Numbered from the stretch's first letter, positions 30,212-41,266 are shown. The stretch: DNA of 64,000 nt from Bacteroidota bacterium (GCA_040387175.1 JAZKED010000004.1:8210-72209); one strand, 5' to 3'. Notes: generated by a model not told the origin, from the sequence alone. A program made the numbers and translations.

Positions 30212-31642
30212 TTACAAATTCTCAATAAACTTAGTCAATAAATGAACACCATACGCTGTGGCATGTTTAGATTTTGCAAATTCATCATTTCCAAAAGCCA
30301 CTCCGGCAATATCCAAATGTGCCCAGGCTTTGTGTTCTTCAGTGAAATATTCCAAAAACTTAGCTGCTGTGATAGCTCCTGCAAGAGGTTTTCCACTATA
30401 ATTTTTAACATCTGCAATTTCGCTTTCAATGTCAGGTTTATAACAATCCCAAAGCGGTAATTGCCACAAACGCTCGCCAACAGCATCACCAGATTCTTGT
30501 AGTTTCTTTGAAACAGCTTCGTTATTGGTAAACAAAGCGGCACATTCGTGACCAAAAGTTCCCATAGCGCTTCCCGTCAACGTAGCGATATCGACAATAT
30601 ATTCGGGTTTAAAATTCTTGATTAAATAAGACAAACCGTCTGCTAAAACCAATCGCCCTTCTGCATCAGTATCTATAATCTCTATCGAATTTCCACTATA
30701 GGAATGAATGACATCGCTCGCTACAAATGATTTGGCATCTACTGCATTTTCTGCGCAAGGTACAATTGCAGTTACTTTTACAGGCAATTTTAAATCGGCA
30801 ATCAATTGCATAGTTCCAAAAACTGCCGCTCCGCCTGCCATATCACATTTCATATCCAGCATTCCCGAAGTTTTGATATTCAGTCCGCCTGTATCAAAAG
30901 TGATTCCTTTCCCCACTAAACCAACGTGTTTGGTTTTTTCATTCGAATTTGCGGGAGTATAATTCATAATCACAAACTGTGGTTCGTTTTTACTTCCTTT
31001 TCCAACGGCTAAGAATGCTCCTAAACCTGCTTTTTTAGATTCTTCTAAACCTAAAACTTCTACATCAAATCCGTATTTATTTCCTGTTTCAGTTGCCCAG
31101 TTAGACAAATATTTCGGTGTAACTTTATTCGGTGGCAAATCTACCAAACCCAATACTTCCAATTAAGCATTGGCGATTTTTCTGGCTCTTTTTATTGGTT
31201 CCGAAAAATCTTTTTTGGTTAATAATGATAATTCAAAATCGTCATTCAAAAACGGATGTTTCTCTGTTTTTTTGAAATGCCCTAAATCATACGTTCCTAA
31301 AATTAGCCCCGAAATAGCAGCTTCTACTTGATTATCTGTAAATTGTTCCGGTAAAACCAATGCTACATTCGTATTCAACAATTCTTTTTGCTGAGCAGCA
31401 ATTCGTCTGAAAATAGTTTTGAAAGATTTGTAATCCGAATCTTTTCCTAAACCAATGAATATATGAGTACAATCGTATTTTTCAACTAAATAATGAGAGT
31501 CTTTCTTTCCGTAAAATACTTTTGGAGGCACTGAAACTCCGTGAAATTCAATTGGTACCAGACTTTTTGAATAGGTTTCAAAAACAGGAATTAAAATAGT
31601 TCCGGAAAAAGTATCGAGGCTTTTAATAGTAGTGGTTTTCAT
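30212..31642 (-). pseudogene. pepA: M17 leucyl aminopeptidase interrupted by a single in-frame TAA at 31163-31165
   Basis: The two track ORFs are in the same frame: ...AAT GCT TAA TTG GAA GTA... The C-terminal part has KGITFDTGG, MKCDMAGG, TDAEGRL and ATLTG; the N-terminal part resembles the M17 N-domain. Confidence 0.85.
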
Positions 31643-31701
31643 TATTTCAGTTTTTATATTGTAATTGTAAATATAGTCGATTAGGCTTGGATATAAAAGA
31701 G

Positions 31702-31738
31702 AAACCCAACAGTAAATTGCATTACTATTGGGTTTTTA
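31702..31738 (-). terminator. Terminator ending the his operon
   Basis: AAACCCAACAGTAA / TTACTATTGGGTTT stem with A/T runs on both sides. Confidence 0.65.
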
Positions 31739-31761
31739 TTGTCTAAAATTGAATTTGTATT

Positions 31762-32361
31762 TTACTTCTGACGTGCTTTCAAAACATTTACTACATCATT
31801 CAGTTCAAAACCTTTAGCTTGTAATAAAATTAAATAATGAAAAAGCAAATCTGCGCTTTCATCCAGGAACAAATGATCGTTGTTGTCTTTGGCTTCAATA
31901 ACCACTTCAACAGCTTCCTCTCCTACTTTTTGAGCGATTTTATTGATTCCTTTTTCGAATAAAGAAGCTACATAACTTTTTTCAGAATCTGCATTTTCCC
32001 TACGCGTTTTGATGGTATTTTCCAATGTTGAAATAAATCCAAAATCTGCTTTATTTTCCGTTTGCCAACATGTATCAGCACCTGTGTGACAAGTAGGTCC
32101 AACGGGTTTTGCCTGAATCAAAAGAGAATCTTCATCACAGTCATTCTTGATATCAACCAAATTCAAAAAGTTACCGCTCTCTTCGCCTTTAGTCCAAAGC
32201 CTTTGTTTGGAACGGCTGTAAAAAGTTACTTTTCCTGTTTCAACTGTTTTTTGGTAAGCTTCTTTGTTCATATAGCCTAGCATCAAAACACTTTTGGTTT
32301 CGCTATCCTGAATTATTGCTGGAATTAATCCGTGTGCCAATCTTGAAAAATCTATTTCCAT
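31762..32361 (-). CDS. hisIE: Bifunctional phosphoribosyl-AMP cyclohydrolase/phosphoribosyl-ATP pyrophosphatase
   Basis: LWTKGEESGN, DCDED...PTCHTG and KVGEEAVE motifs. Confidence 0.97.
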   Translation of the reverse strand: MEIDFSRLAHGLIPAIIQDSETKSVLMLGYMNKEAYQKTVETGKVTFYSRSKQRLWTKGEESGNFLNLVDIKNDCDEDSLLIQAKPVGPTCHTGADTCWQTENKADFGFISTLENTIKTRRENADSEKSYVASLFEKGINKIAQKVGEEAVEVVIEAKDNNDHLFLDESADLLFHYLILLQAKGFELNDVVNVLKARQK

Positions 32362-32388
32362 TTTATTTTAGATTTTAGAATTCAGATT

Positions 32389-33144
32389 TTAGATTCTGAC
32401 TTCTATATTATTGTTTTTTAATTCTTTTTTCAGTGTTTTGATTTCGATTTCTTTGAAATGAAATACGCTTGCTGCTAATGCCGCATCCGATTTTCCTTCG
32501 ACAAAGGTATCAACAAAATGTTGGATATTTCCCGCTCCGCCTGAAGCAATAATCGGAATATTTACTAATTCAGACAATTTTGCCAAAGCTTCGTTGGCAA
32601 AACCATTTTTAGTTCCATCGTGATTCATTGAAGTAAAAAGGATTTCTCCTGCTCCACGCTGTTCTACTTCTTGTGCCCAATCAAATAATCTAATTTCGGT
32701 TGGAACCTTTCCTCCTACCAAATGTACAATCCATTCACCATCAATTTGCTTGGCATCAATTGCAAGTACTATACATTGACTTCCAAATTTCTGTGCCAAA
32801 TCATTAATCAATTGCGGATTTTTCACCGCAGATGAATTGATAGAAACTTTATCAGCACCGTTTTGCAATAATACTTCCACATCTTCAACTGCCGAAATTC
32901 CACCACCAACAGTAAACGGAATATTGATCGTTGAAGCTACTTTACGAACCAAATCGACTAAAGTTCTTCTTCTTTCTTCCGTTGCCGAAATATCAAGGAA
33001 AACCAATTCATCCGCACCTTCATCCGAATAGATTTTGGCTAATTCCACAGGATCGCCTGCGTCACGCAAATCTACGAAATTAACACCTTTAACAGTTCTT
33101 CCGTTTTTAATGTCGAGGCAAGGGATTATTCTTTTTGTAAGCAT
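32389..33144 (-). CDS. hisF: Imidazole glycerol phosphate synthase, cyclase subunit
   Basis: [23 protein letters not shown] and IASGGAG motifs. Confidence 0.98.
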   Translation of the reverse strand: MLTKRIIPCLDIKNGRTVKGVNFVDLRDAGDPVELAKIYSDEGADELVFLDISATEERRRTLVDLVRKVASTINIPFTVGGGISAVEDVEVLLQNGADKVSINSSAVKNPQLINDLAQKFGSQCIVLAIDAKQIDGEWIVHLVGGKVPTEIRLFDWAQEVEQRGAGEILFTSMNHDGTKNGFANEALAKLSELVNIPIIASGGAGNIQHFVDTFVEGKSDAALAASVFHFKEIEIKTLKKELKNNNIEVRI

Positions 33145-33156
33145 AATTTATTAATT

Positions 33157-33189
33157 AAACGTGACAGGTTTTGAAAACCTGTCACGTTT
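33157..33189. repeat. REP-like palindrome, copy 2 (hisA-hisF junction)
   Basis: AAACGTGACAGGTTTT-G-AAAACCTGTCACGTTT; compensatory change relative to copy 1. Confidence 0.8.
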
Positions 33190-33191
33190 GT

Positions 33192-33914
33192 TTATGATAT
33201 GATATAGTTTTCTAATTGCTTTAAACTAATTCTTCCTTCGTAAATCGCTTTCCCAATAATCGTTCCTTCACAGCCTAACTCGGCTAATTTAGGCAATTCG
33301 TCAAAAGTAGAAATTCCTCCTGAAGCGATTAATTTTAATCCTTGCGCTTGTTTTAAAATCTTAGCATACAGATCAAAACTTGGTCCTTCTAACATTCCAT
33401 CTTTGGCAATATCAGTACAAATAACGTACTCAATTCCTTTCTTTTGATAGTCTTGGATAAACGGAACTAAATCTTCATCCGAATCTTCTAACCACCCTGA
33501 AACGGCTACTTTTTCGTTATTGGCATCCGCTCCCAAAATAATTTTATCAGAACCATATTCAGCAATCCATTTCTCGAAAATCGCTCTGTTTTTGACAGCA
33601 ATACTTCCGCCTGTGATTTGGTTTGCACCCGATTCAAAAGCAATTTTTAAATCAGAATCCGCTTTTAACCCACCACCAAAATCAATTTTCAGTTTGGTTT
33701 GTAAAGCAATTTGTTCCAATATTTTATAATTGACAATCTTACTTGATTTTGCTCCATCTAAATCCACCAAATGCAAATATTCGATTCCGTGAGCTTCGAA
33801 TGATTTCGCTACTTCAAGCGGATTTTCATTATATATAATTTTGGTATTGTAATCGCCTTTCGATAAGCGAACACATTTCCCTTCGATGATGTCTATTGCA
33901 GGTATTATTCTCAT
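33192..33914 (-). CDS. hisA: ProFAR isomerase
   Basis: [22 protein letters not shown] and IASGG motifs. Confidence 0.97.
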   Translation of the reverse strand: MRIIPAIDIIEGKCVRLSKGDYNTKIIYNENPLEVAKSFEAHGIEYLHLVDLDGAKSSKIVNYKILEQIALQTKLKIDFGGGLKADSDLKIAFESGANQITGGSIAVKNRAIFEKWIAEYGSDKIILGADANNEKVAVSGWLEDSDEDLVPFIQDYQKKGIEYVICTDIAKDGMLEGPSFDLYAKILKQAQGLKLIASGGISTFDELPKLAELGCEGTIIGKAIYEGRISLKQLENYIIS

Positions 33915-33997
33915 TTTTTTTAATTTAAAGATTTAAAAATTAAATAATTTAAAGATTTGCAGAATTTAATCATTCAATCTTTAAATTTTTCAATCAT
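33915..33997. repeat. Intergenic hairpin of tandem 8-nt units (AAAGATTK family), hisH-hisA junction
   Basis: The left arm matches 44711-44751 at 39 of 41 nt; the right arm consists of complementary AATCTTTA/AATCATTC units. Confidence 0.7.
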
Positions 33998-34577
33998 TCA
34001 ATTGGAGAAAATTTCCTAAAATTTTCTCCCCCACATCACCACTTTTTTCAGGGTGAAATTGAGTTCCATAAAAATTATCGTTTTCTAAGGCTGATGAATA
34101 TTCCAATTCGTAATTGGTTGTTGAAATCGTTTCAGCGCAAATTGGAGCGTAAAAACTATGTACCAAATACATATATTCGTTCTCGGCAATTCCTTTGAAA
34201 AGATCTGATTTTAGATTGTAAATCGTATTCCAACCCATTTGTGGCACTTTTACTTTTGGAGTGAATTTTACCACATCCACATCAAAAATCCCCAAACCTT
34301 TTGTATTTCCTTCTTCCGAAGAATTACACATCAATTGCATTCCCAAACAAATTCCAAAAACGGGTTGTTTTAGTGTTGGGATCAAAGTATCCAAACCACT
34401 TTCCTGAAGCATTTTCATTGCATAACTTGCCTCTCCCACTCCCGGAAAAATTACTTTATCCGCTGATTTTATTTCGTCAGGATTATTGCTCAAAACCGCT
34501 TTGTATCCCAATCTTTCGATGGCAAACATAATGCTTTGAATGTTTCCTGCTCCGTAATTTATGATTACTATTTTCAT
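33990..34577 (-). CDS. hisH: Imidazole glycerol phosphate synthase, glutaminase subunit
   Basis: PGVG, GICLGMQ, YLVHSF and QFHPEKS motifs. Confidence 0.97.
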   Translation of the reverse strand: MKIVIINYGAGNIQSIMFAIERLGYKAVLSNNPDEIKSADKVIFPGVGEASYAMKMLQESGLDTLIPTLKQPVFGICLGMQLMCNSSEEGNTKGLGIFDVDVVKFTPKVKVPQMGWNTIYNLKSDLFKGIAENEYMYLVHSFYAPICAETISTTNYELEYSSALENDNFYGTQFHPEKSGDVGEKILGNFLQLND

Positions 34578-34583
34578 TTTTTT

Positions 34584-34662
34584 AGTCTTAAAGTTGTAAA
34601 GTCAAAAGTCTTAAAGTCGATGCCGATGCACTTTAGACTTTAAGACTTTCGTCTTTCGACTT
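34584..34662. repeat. Intergenic hairpin of tandem 7-8-nt AAGTC units, hisB-hisH junction
   Basis: AAAGTCTTAAAGTC pairs perfectly with GACTTTAAGACTTT, flanked by further degenerate units. Confidence 0.75.
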
Positions 34663-34664
34663 AA

Positions 34665-35801
34665 TTAAAGCATACCTTTCGTGCTTGGCAAAATCATTTT
34701 CTCCGTGTCACGTTTTACGGCAACTTTTATCGCTTTCGCAAAAGCTTTGAAAATAGCTTCGATTTTGTGGTGCTCGTTTGTGCCTTCTGCTTTGATATTG
34801 ATGTTGGCTTTTGCTCCGTCAGAGAATGATTTGAAGAAATGATAGAACATTTCTGTTGGCATTTTACCTACCATTTCGCGTTTGAATTCAGTTTCCCAAA
34901 CCAACCAGTTTCTTCCTCCAAAATCAATGGCTACTTGAGATAAGCAATCATCCATTGGCAAACAAAAACCGTATCTTTCAATTCCTAATTTATTTCCTAA
35001 TGCTTTGGCAAAAACTTCACCCAAAGCAATTGCAGTATCTTCAATCGTGTGGTGTTCATCAACTTCTAAATCACCTTTTACCAAGATTTCCAAGTCCATT
35101 TGTCCGTGGCGCGCTATTTGGTCTAACATATGATTGAAAAAAGCAATTCCAGTTTCGATTTTGCTTTTTCCTGTCCCGTCTAAGTTTAAATTGATGTAAA
35201 TATCTGTTTCGTGCGTTTTTCTGGTTATAGAAGCTGTACGTTCGTCTAATTTTAGAAACTCATAAATCGTTTTCCAATCGGTAGTTTGTAAAATAATTGT
35301 AGCGTCTAATTCTTCTCTTTTTGCACTGATTTCTTGACTTCCCGCTCCATCAGTTGTGTTCATAAAGATGGCTTTCGCTCCTAGGTTTTTAGCTAATTCA
35401 ACATCCGTCAAACGATCTCCTAATACAAAAGAGTTTGCCAAATCATAATTTGGATTGTCAATATATTTGGTCAACATTCCTGTTCGAGGCTTACGAGTTG
35501 GCGCATTGTCTTCCGGAAAAGAACGATCCACGCAAATGTCATCAAAAAGAACTCCTTCATTTTCAAAAGCTCTTAAAATAAAATTTTGTGTCGGCCAAAA
35601 AGTATCTTCTGGAAAACTATCTGTTCCTAATCCATCCTGATTGGTTACCATCACCAATTCGAAATCCAATTCGTTGGCGATTTTAGCCAAATATTGAAAT
35701 GCTTTTGGGAAAAATTCTAATTTATCTAAACTGTCTAACTGCAATCCTTCCGGTTCTAAAACAATCGTTCCGTCACGATCTATAAAAAGTACTTTTTTCA
35801 T
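34665..35801 (-). CDS. hisB: Bifunctional histidinol-phosphatase/imidazoleglycerol-phosphate dehydratase
   Basis: HAD motif DRDGT and RKP; dehydratase motifs [18 protein letters not shown] and NEHHKIE. Confidence 0.97.
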   Translation of the reverse strand: MKKVLFIDRDGTIVLEPEGLQLDSLDKLEFFPKAFQYLAKIANELDFELVMVTNQDGLGTDSFPEDTFWPTQNFILRAFENEGVLFDDICVDRSFPEDNAPTRKPRTGMLTKYIDNPNYDLANSFVLGDRLTDVELAKNLGAKAIFMNTTDGAGSQEISAKREELDATIILQTTDWKTIYEFLKLDERTASITRKTHETDIYINLNLDGTGKSKIETGIAFFNHMLDQIARHGQMDLEILVKGDLEVDEHHTIEDTAIALGEVFAKALGNKLGIERYGFCLPMDDCLSQVAIDFGGRNWLVWETEFKREMVGKMPTEMFYHFFKSFSDGAKANINIKAEGTNEHHKIEAIFKAFAKAIKVAVKRDTEKMILPSTKGML

Positions 35802-35804
35802 TTT

Positions 35805-36845
35805 TTAAGCTTTTAGTGCTTGAATTAATTTCTGATTTTCTTCTTTAGTTCCAATAGTCAAACGCAAAGTATTTTCACATAAAGGTTGTGTGGTTCTGTT
35901 GCGAATTACAATTCCTTTGGCAATTAATTCATCGTATCTTTTATTGGCATTATCCACTTTTATTAAGATGAAATTGGCTTCTGTTGAATAGATTTTTTCG
36001 ACAAATTTAATATCAAGTAATACTTTAAGTAATTCCTCTCTTTGTTCAATAATAGAAGCTATTTCAGATTTTATTTTTTCAGGATCACTCAATCTTTCCA
36101 AGGCTCTTACTTGTGTTAATTCATTCACATTGTAAGGTGGTTTTATTTTATTTAAAACCGAAATTACTGGAGCTGAACCATAACAAATTCCCAATCTGAT
36201 TCCTGCCAAACCATACGCTTTTGAAAGTGTTTGCGTAATAACCAAGTTTGGATATTGGTCTATTTTTGCCAACCAGCTTTCCTTTTCTGAAAAGTCAATG
36301 TAGGCTTCATCAATCACAACTAAACCATTAAAATTTTCAAGCAATTGAGTCACTCTTTCATCCGAAAAAGAATTCCCTGTTGGATTATTTGGTGAACATA
36401 AAAAGATGATTTTTGTATTGGCATCAACAGTTTTTAAAATCTCTTCTACTTGCGGTTGAAAATCTGTCGAAAGTAAAACTTCTCTGTTTTCTACGGCATT
36501 GATATTAGCCAAAACACTGTACATTCCGTAAGTTGGTGGTAATGAAATAATGTTGTCAATCTTTGGTTCACAAAAAGCTCTAAAAATCAAATCCAATACT
36601 TCATCACTTCCGTTTCCTAATAAAATTTGATTTGGATTTACATTTTTTTGCTTTGCCAAAACTACTTTCACACTGCTTTGTTGTGGATCAGGATAACGAT
36701 TCACACCATTCTGAAATGGATTTTCATTGGCATCCAGGAAAATCATATCCGCTGTATCAAAATCTTCAAATTCGTCACGTGCCGAAGAATAAGGTTTCAT
36801 CGACTTAACGTTTTCACGGACTAAATTATTTATATCGAAATTCAT
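35805..36845 (-). CDS. hisC: Histidinol-phosphate aminotransferase (ATG 36845 preferred over the track TTG 36854)
   Basis: LDANEN, NRYPDP, GNGSDE, DEAYIDF and TLSKAYGLAGIRLG motifs. Confidence 0.97.
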   Translation of the reverse strand: MNFDINNLVRENVKSMKPYSSARDEFEDFDTADMIFLDANENPFQNGVNRYPDPQQSSVKVVLAKQKNVNPNQILLGNGSDEVLDLIFRAFCEPKIDNIISLPPTYGMYSVLANINAVENREVLLSTDFQPQVEEILKTVDANTKIIFLCSPNNPTGNSFSDERVTQLLENFNGLVVIDEAYIDFSEKESWLAKIDQYPNLVITQTLSKAYGLAGIRLGICYGSAPVISVLNKIKPPYNVNELTQVRALERLSDPEKIKSEIASIIEQREELLKVLLDIKFVEKIYSTEANFILIKVDNANKRYDELIAKGIVIRNRTTQPLCENTLRLTIGTKEENQKLIQALKA

Positions 36846-36857
36846 TTCGTTCAATCT

Positions 36858-38144
36858 TTAAATTTTTAAATCTTTCAATCTCAAGGTAACTGCATTCTTG
36901 TGCGCTTGCAATCCTTCGGCTTCTGCCATAATTTCTATCGCTTTACCAATGTTTTTAATTCCTTTTTCAGATATTTTTTGAAAAGTCATTGATTTGGTAA
37001 AACTATCCAGATTTACACCGCTGTAATTCTTGGCATATCCGTTAGTTGGCAAGGTATGATTGGTGCCTGAAGCATAATCCCCGGCACTTTCCGGCGTATA
37101 ATTTCCAATGAAAACTGAACCTGCATTTCCGATATTACGTACATAAAAATCTTCATCTTTAGTACAAATAATAAAGTGTTCCGGACCGTATTCGTCGATT
37201 AATTGTAAAGCTGTTTCATCATTTTCGACAAAAATCAATTTTGAATTAGCAATGGCTTTTTCAGCAATGGCTTTTCTCGGTAAAACGTCTAATTGCTTTT
37301 GAACTTCTTCTTCTACTTCATCAATCAATTCTAGTGAAGTCGAAACCAAAATTACCTGACTGTCTGTTCCGTGTTCCGCCTGTGACAACAAATCAGAAGC
37401 TATGAAAGCTGGAACCGCAGTATCATCCGCTACAATCAACAATTCAGAAGGTCCAGCCGGCATATCGATTGCCACACCAAATTGAATTGCTAATTGTTTG
37501 GCGACAGTCACAAACTGATTTCCTGGTCCGAAAATCTTGTACACCTTTGGAATTGATTTTGTTCCGAAAGTCATTCCTGCAATCGCCTGAATTCCTCCTA
37601 CTTTCAAAATTTTTGTCACACCACATAAATTGGCAGTATACAAAATAGCAGGATTTATTTTTCCAGTTTTATCTGGAGGTGAGCACAAAACAATTTCGTT
37701 GCAACCCGCAATATTAGCTGGAACTACCAACATCAAAACAGTTGAAAACAATGGTGCTGTTCCACCTGGAATGTATAACCCAATTTTCTGAATTGGTCTT
37801 TTTTCCTGCCAACAATTTACACCTTCAGTCGTTACTACTTCTACTTTAGCCGTTTTTTGAGCCAAATGAAATTTCTCGATATTCGATTTTGCTAACTGAA
37901 TAGCGTTTTTCAAATCTTCAGGAATAGTTGCAATAGCCTGCTCAATTTCTGCTAAAGAAACTTCTATATTTTCAAATAGAATACCATCAAACTGCGAAGT
38001 GTATTTTGCCACAGCCTCATCTCCATTGGCTTGAATTTCTGCAAAAATTTCTTTTACAGTCGTTTCAATATCGCCGATAGTCTGGGTTGGTCTTTTTAAA
38101 ATGGAAGACCAGGTTTCTGGTTTTGGATTGAATATTTTGTTCAT
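36858..38144 (-). CDS. hisD: Histidinol dehydrogenase
   Basis: GLYIPGG, GPGNQFV, DMPAGPSE, QAEH, PEH and GDYASGTNHTLPT motifs. Confidence 0.98.
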   Translation of the reverse strand: MNKIFNPKPETWSSILKRPTQTIGDIETTVKEIFAEIQANGDEAVAKYTSQFDGILFENIEVSLAEIEQAIATIPEDLKNAIQLAKSNIEKFHLAQKTAKVEVVTTEGVNCWQEKRPIQKIGLYIPGGTAPLFSTVLMLVVPANIAGCNEIVLCSPPDKTGKINPAILYTANLCGVTKILKVGGIQAIAGMTFGTKSIPKVYKIFGPGNQFVTVAKQLAIQFGVAIDMPAGPSELLIVADDTAVPAFIASDLLSQAEHGTDSQVILVSTSLELIDEVEEEVQKQLDVLPRKAIAEKAIANSKLIFVENDETALQLIDEYGPEHFIICTKDEDFYVRNIGNAGSVFIGNYTPESAGDYASGTNHTLPTNGYAKNYSGVNLDSFTKSMTFQKISEKGIKNIGKAIEIMAEAEGLQAHKNAVTLRLKDLKI

Positions 38145-38231
38145 ATTTTATAAAATTTAAAGATTGAATAATTGAAAGATTTAAAAATTAACTCATCAAT
38201 TATTACTTCAATCTTAGAATCTAAAACTTAA
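38145..38231. repeat. Intergenic hairpin of tandem 8-nt units, hisG-hisD junction
   Basis: AAATTTAA AGATTGAA TAATTGAA AGATTTAA, then complementary TTCAATCTT-type units. Confidence 0.55.
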
Positions 38232-39089
38232 TTATAGTACCATTTTTTCGATTGGGCAAACCAAAATTCCTTCGGCTCCGGCTTCTTTCAATTGGTCGAT
38301 AACATCCCAAAAAGTGTCTTTATCGATTACGGTATGAACACTGCTCCAGCCTTCTTGTGCCAATGGCATAACAGTTGCACTTTTTAGTACTGGCAAAATA
38401 TTGCTTACAGCTTCAATTTTGTCGTTAGGAACATTCATCAAAATGTATTTTGATTTTCTCGCTCTTAAAACCGATTCGATTCTGAATTGAAGTGTATCAA
38501 TAATAGATTGAACTTCTGGAGTAACTCTTGGTGAAACCGCTAAAACAGCTTCGCTTTTGAAAATTACTTCTACTTCTTTCAAATTGTTTTTGAATAAAGT
38601 ACTTCCACTAGAAACGATATCTACAATTCCATCGGCAAGACCAATATTTGGTGCAATTTCAACCGAACCTGAAATTTGGTGAATATCAACCGTCATTCCG
38701 AATTTTGCGAAATAATCGATAACAGTATTTGGATAAGAAGTCGCAATTCGCATTCCTTCCAAATCTTTGATTGATTTGTAATCGAATGTTTTTGGAACAG
38801 CTACAGAAACTTTACATTTAGAAAAACCTAATTTCTGAATTACTTTAATATCCTTTCCTTTTTCAACCAAAAGATTATCGCCAACGATAGCAATATCAAC
38901 CACTCCGTCAATTAAATATTGAGGAATATCTGAATTTCTTAAGTACAAAACTTCCAAAGGAAAATTGGTTGCTTCGGCTTTCAATTGGTCATTTCCATTG
39001 TTGATAGAGATTCCACAATCTTTTAGAATTTGGATGCTTTCTTCGTTTAAGCGTCCTGATTTTTGAATTGCAATTTTTAAAGTACTCAT
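38232..39089 (-). CDS. hisG: ATP phosphoribosyltransferase (long form)
   Basis: IAIQKSGRL, IATSYP, GSVEIAP and DIVSSGSTL; C-terminal regulatory domain present. Confidence 0.98.
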   Translation of the reverse strand: MSTLKIAIQKSGRLNEESIQILKDCGISINNGNDQLKAEATNFPLEVLYLRNSDIPQYLIDGVVDIAIVGDNLLVEKGKDIKVIQKLGFSKCKVSVAVPKTFDYKSIKDLEGMRIATSYPNTVIDYFAKFGMTVDIHQISGSVEIAPNIGLADGIVDIVSSGSTLFKNNLKEVEVIFKSEAVLAVSPRVTPEVQSIIDTLQFRIESVLRARKSKYILMNVPNDKIEAVSNILPVLKSATVMPLAQEGWSSVHTVIDKDTFWDVIDQLKEAGAEGILVCPIEKMVL

Positions 39090-39144
39090 TTTTTGTTTGT
39101 TTTAGTTTTATACTGTTTTGTCTGAGTATAAACGGATGTAAAAT

Positions 39145-39178
39145 AAAAAACCCGCTTGATATACTCAAACGGGTTTTT
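39145..39178 (-). terminator. his attenuator terminator
   Basis: Minus strand AAAACCCGTTTGA-GTATA-TCAAGCGGGTTTTTT, between the leader ORF and hisG. Confidence 0.88.
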
Positions 39179-39204
39179 AAATATGATGATTTACACGCAT
39201 ACCA

Positions 39205-39264
39205 TTAACACATCGCCTGAGAGCAATAATGAAAATGATGATGATGCAATTGAGTTGATAACAT
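39205..39264 (-). CDS. hisL: his operon leader peptide MLSTQLHHHHFHYCSQAMC
   Basis: Hand translation: ATG 39264 to TAA 39207-39205, with five CAT codons (four consecutive), immediately upstream of the terminator and hisG. Confidence 0.9.
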   Translation of the reverse strand: MLSTQLHHHHFHYCSQAMC

Positions 39265-39299
39265 AAATTTTTAAATTCTATAATCCTTCGATTCGAGCG

Positions 39300-39332
39300 C
39301 AAATATACAAGATTATTTTATTCTAACACAAA
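39300..39332 (-). promoter_or_regulatory. Complete -33/-7 promoter of the his operon
   Basis: TTTG (39332-39329), a 21-nt spacer, and TATATTTG (39307-39300). Confidence 0.75.
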
Positions 39333-39368
39333 TTTTATTGTATTTAATGTCAATTAATCATTATAAAA

Positions 39369-40994
39369 TTAAGCCTCAACAGAATTAAGTTCTAATGAAG
39401 GTCCTGCACTAACCAAACGTTTTCCTTCATCTATATTGGTGTATTGCTCAAAGTTTTTGATATAACGCGAAGCTAAATCTTTGGCTTTATTTGCCCACTC
39501 TTCTTTGTTTTTATACGTATCTCTTGGATCCAAAATACCTTCACTAACTTCTGGCAAAGCGGTTGGAATTGTTAAATTCAGGAATGGAATCGTTTTGGTT
39601 TCCACTTGATCAATCTCACTGCTGATAATAGCATCAATAATGGCTCTGGTATTTTTTAGTGAAATTCTTTTTCCTGTTCCGTTCCAACCTGTATTTACCA
39701 AATAGGCTTTGGCTCCGTGTTCTTTCATTTTTCCAATTAACGTTTTGGAATACATCGTTGGATGCAAAGTCAGGAAAGCTTCGCCAAAAGCCGGGGAAAA
39801 TGAAGGTTGTGGTTCAGTAATTCCTCTTTCGGTTCCGGCTAATTTAGAGGTATATCCGCAAAGGAAATGGTATTGTGCCTGATCTTCATTCAAAATAGAA
39901 ACAGGTGGCAATACGCCAAAAGCATCGGCAGAAAGATAGATTATTTTACTGGCATGTCCTGCTTTTGAAGGCAATACAATTTTATTGATATGATAAATTG
40001 GATAAGAAACTCGAGAGTTTTCAGTAATCGAATGGTCGTAGTAATTGATTTCTCCATATTCATCCACAATCACATTTTCTAATAAAGCATCTCTTTTAAT
40101 AGCTCTCCAGATATCCGGTTCATTGTTTTCACTCAGGTCAATTACTTTGGCGTAACAGCCTCCTTCATAATTAAAAACACCATTATTATCCCATCCGTGT
40201 TCGTCATCGCCAATCAAATAACGTTTTGGATCCGCTGATAAAGTAGTTTTTCCTGTTCCCGAAAGTCCGAAGAAAACTGCAACATCGCCTTTTTCGCCGA
40301 CATTGGCCGAACAATGCATCGATGCCATTCCTTTTAACGGTAAATAATAATTCATCATCGAGAACATTCCTTTCTTCATTTCACCTCCATACCAGGTTCC
40401 GCCAATGATTTGGACTTTCTCTGTAAGGTTGAATAACACAAAGTTTTCCGAATTTAAACCCATTTCTTTCCAATCCGGATTCGTGGCTTTGGAACCGTTC
40501 ATTACAATAAAATCTGGTTCTCCGAAGTTTTCCAATTCATAAGTTGAAGGTCTGATAAACATATTAGTTACAAAATGGGCCTGCCAGGCAACTTCCATCA
40601 CAAAACGGACCTTCAATCTGGTGTCGGCATTTGTTCCGCAAAATGCATCTACAACGTATAACTTTGGAGAACTTGAAAGCTGGTTTAACACCAATGATTT
40701 CAAATCATTCCAAATTTCGATTGTTGTTGGGAAGTTTACTTTTTTATCCCAATAAATAGTATCTCTGCTAATGTCGTCTTCAACAATATATCGATCTTTT
40801 GGAGAACGTCCGGTAAAAACACCCGTTTTAACCGCTACAGCTCCAGTGTCTGTCAATGCTCCTTTTTCATAGCCTTTTCTCTTATGTGATACCTCTTCCT
40901 GATATAATTCTTCATAAGAAGGATTATAAAGCACTTCGTGATAACCAGTTATTCCCAAATCATGTAATTCCTGGATAATTTTGATATTCTTCAT
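39369..40994 (-). CDS. pckA: Phosphoenolpyruvate carboxykinase (ATP)
   Basis: [35 protein letters not shown] and EGGCYAK motifs. Confidence 0.97.
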   Translation of the reverse strand: MKNIKIIQELHDLGITGYHEVLYNPSYEELYQEEVSHKRKGYEKGALTDTGAVAVKTGVFTGRSPKDRYIVEDDISRDTIYWDKKVNFPTTIEIWNDLKSLVLNQLSSSPKLYVVDAFCGTNADTRLKVRFVMEVAWQAHFVTNMFIRPSTYELENFGEPDFIVMNGSKATNPDWKEMGLNSENFVLFNLTEKVQIIGGTWYGGEMKKGMFSMMNYYLPLKGMASMHCSANVGEKGDVAVFFGLSGTGKTTLSADPKRYLIGDDEHGWDNNGVFNYEGGCYAKVIDLSENNEPDIWRAIKRDALLENVIVDEYGEINYYDHSITENSRVSYPIYHINKIVLPSKAGHASKIIYLSADAFGVLPPVSILNEDQAQYHFLCGYTSKLAGTERGITEPQPSFSPAFGEAFLTLHPTMYSKTLIGKMKEHGAKAYLVNTGWNGTGKRISLKNTRAIIDAIISSEIDQVETKTIPFLNLTIPTALPEVSEGILDPRDTYKNKEEWANKAKDLASRYIKNFEQYTNIDEGKRLVSAGPSLELNSVEA

Positions 40995-41034
40995 AAGACA
41001 TTTATTTAAAAATCTTGTTTGTATTTATTCTACT

Positions 41035-41042
41035 CAAATTTA
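41035..41042 (-). promoter_or_regulatory. -7 element for pckA
   Basis: CAAATTTA on + reads TAAATTTG on -. Confidence 0.55.
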
Positions 41043-41266
41043 CGCAATTCAAATCTAAATGGTCAGACATTTATCATATTTTAAAGAAATCTACGCAAAC
41101 GTTTTCTTTATTTATAAGGGTTACAAGGATTTACATGTAATTATCACCATAATATACTGGTAATTAATTTACTAATTTTAATACTAAAAAATAAAACTAT
41201 CATTTGTTATGTTAATTATACATCATCTTGTTGTATAATTGTAATATCGAAATAAAATTTCATTAA

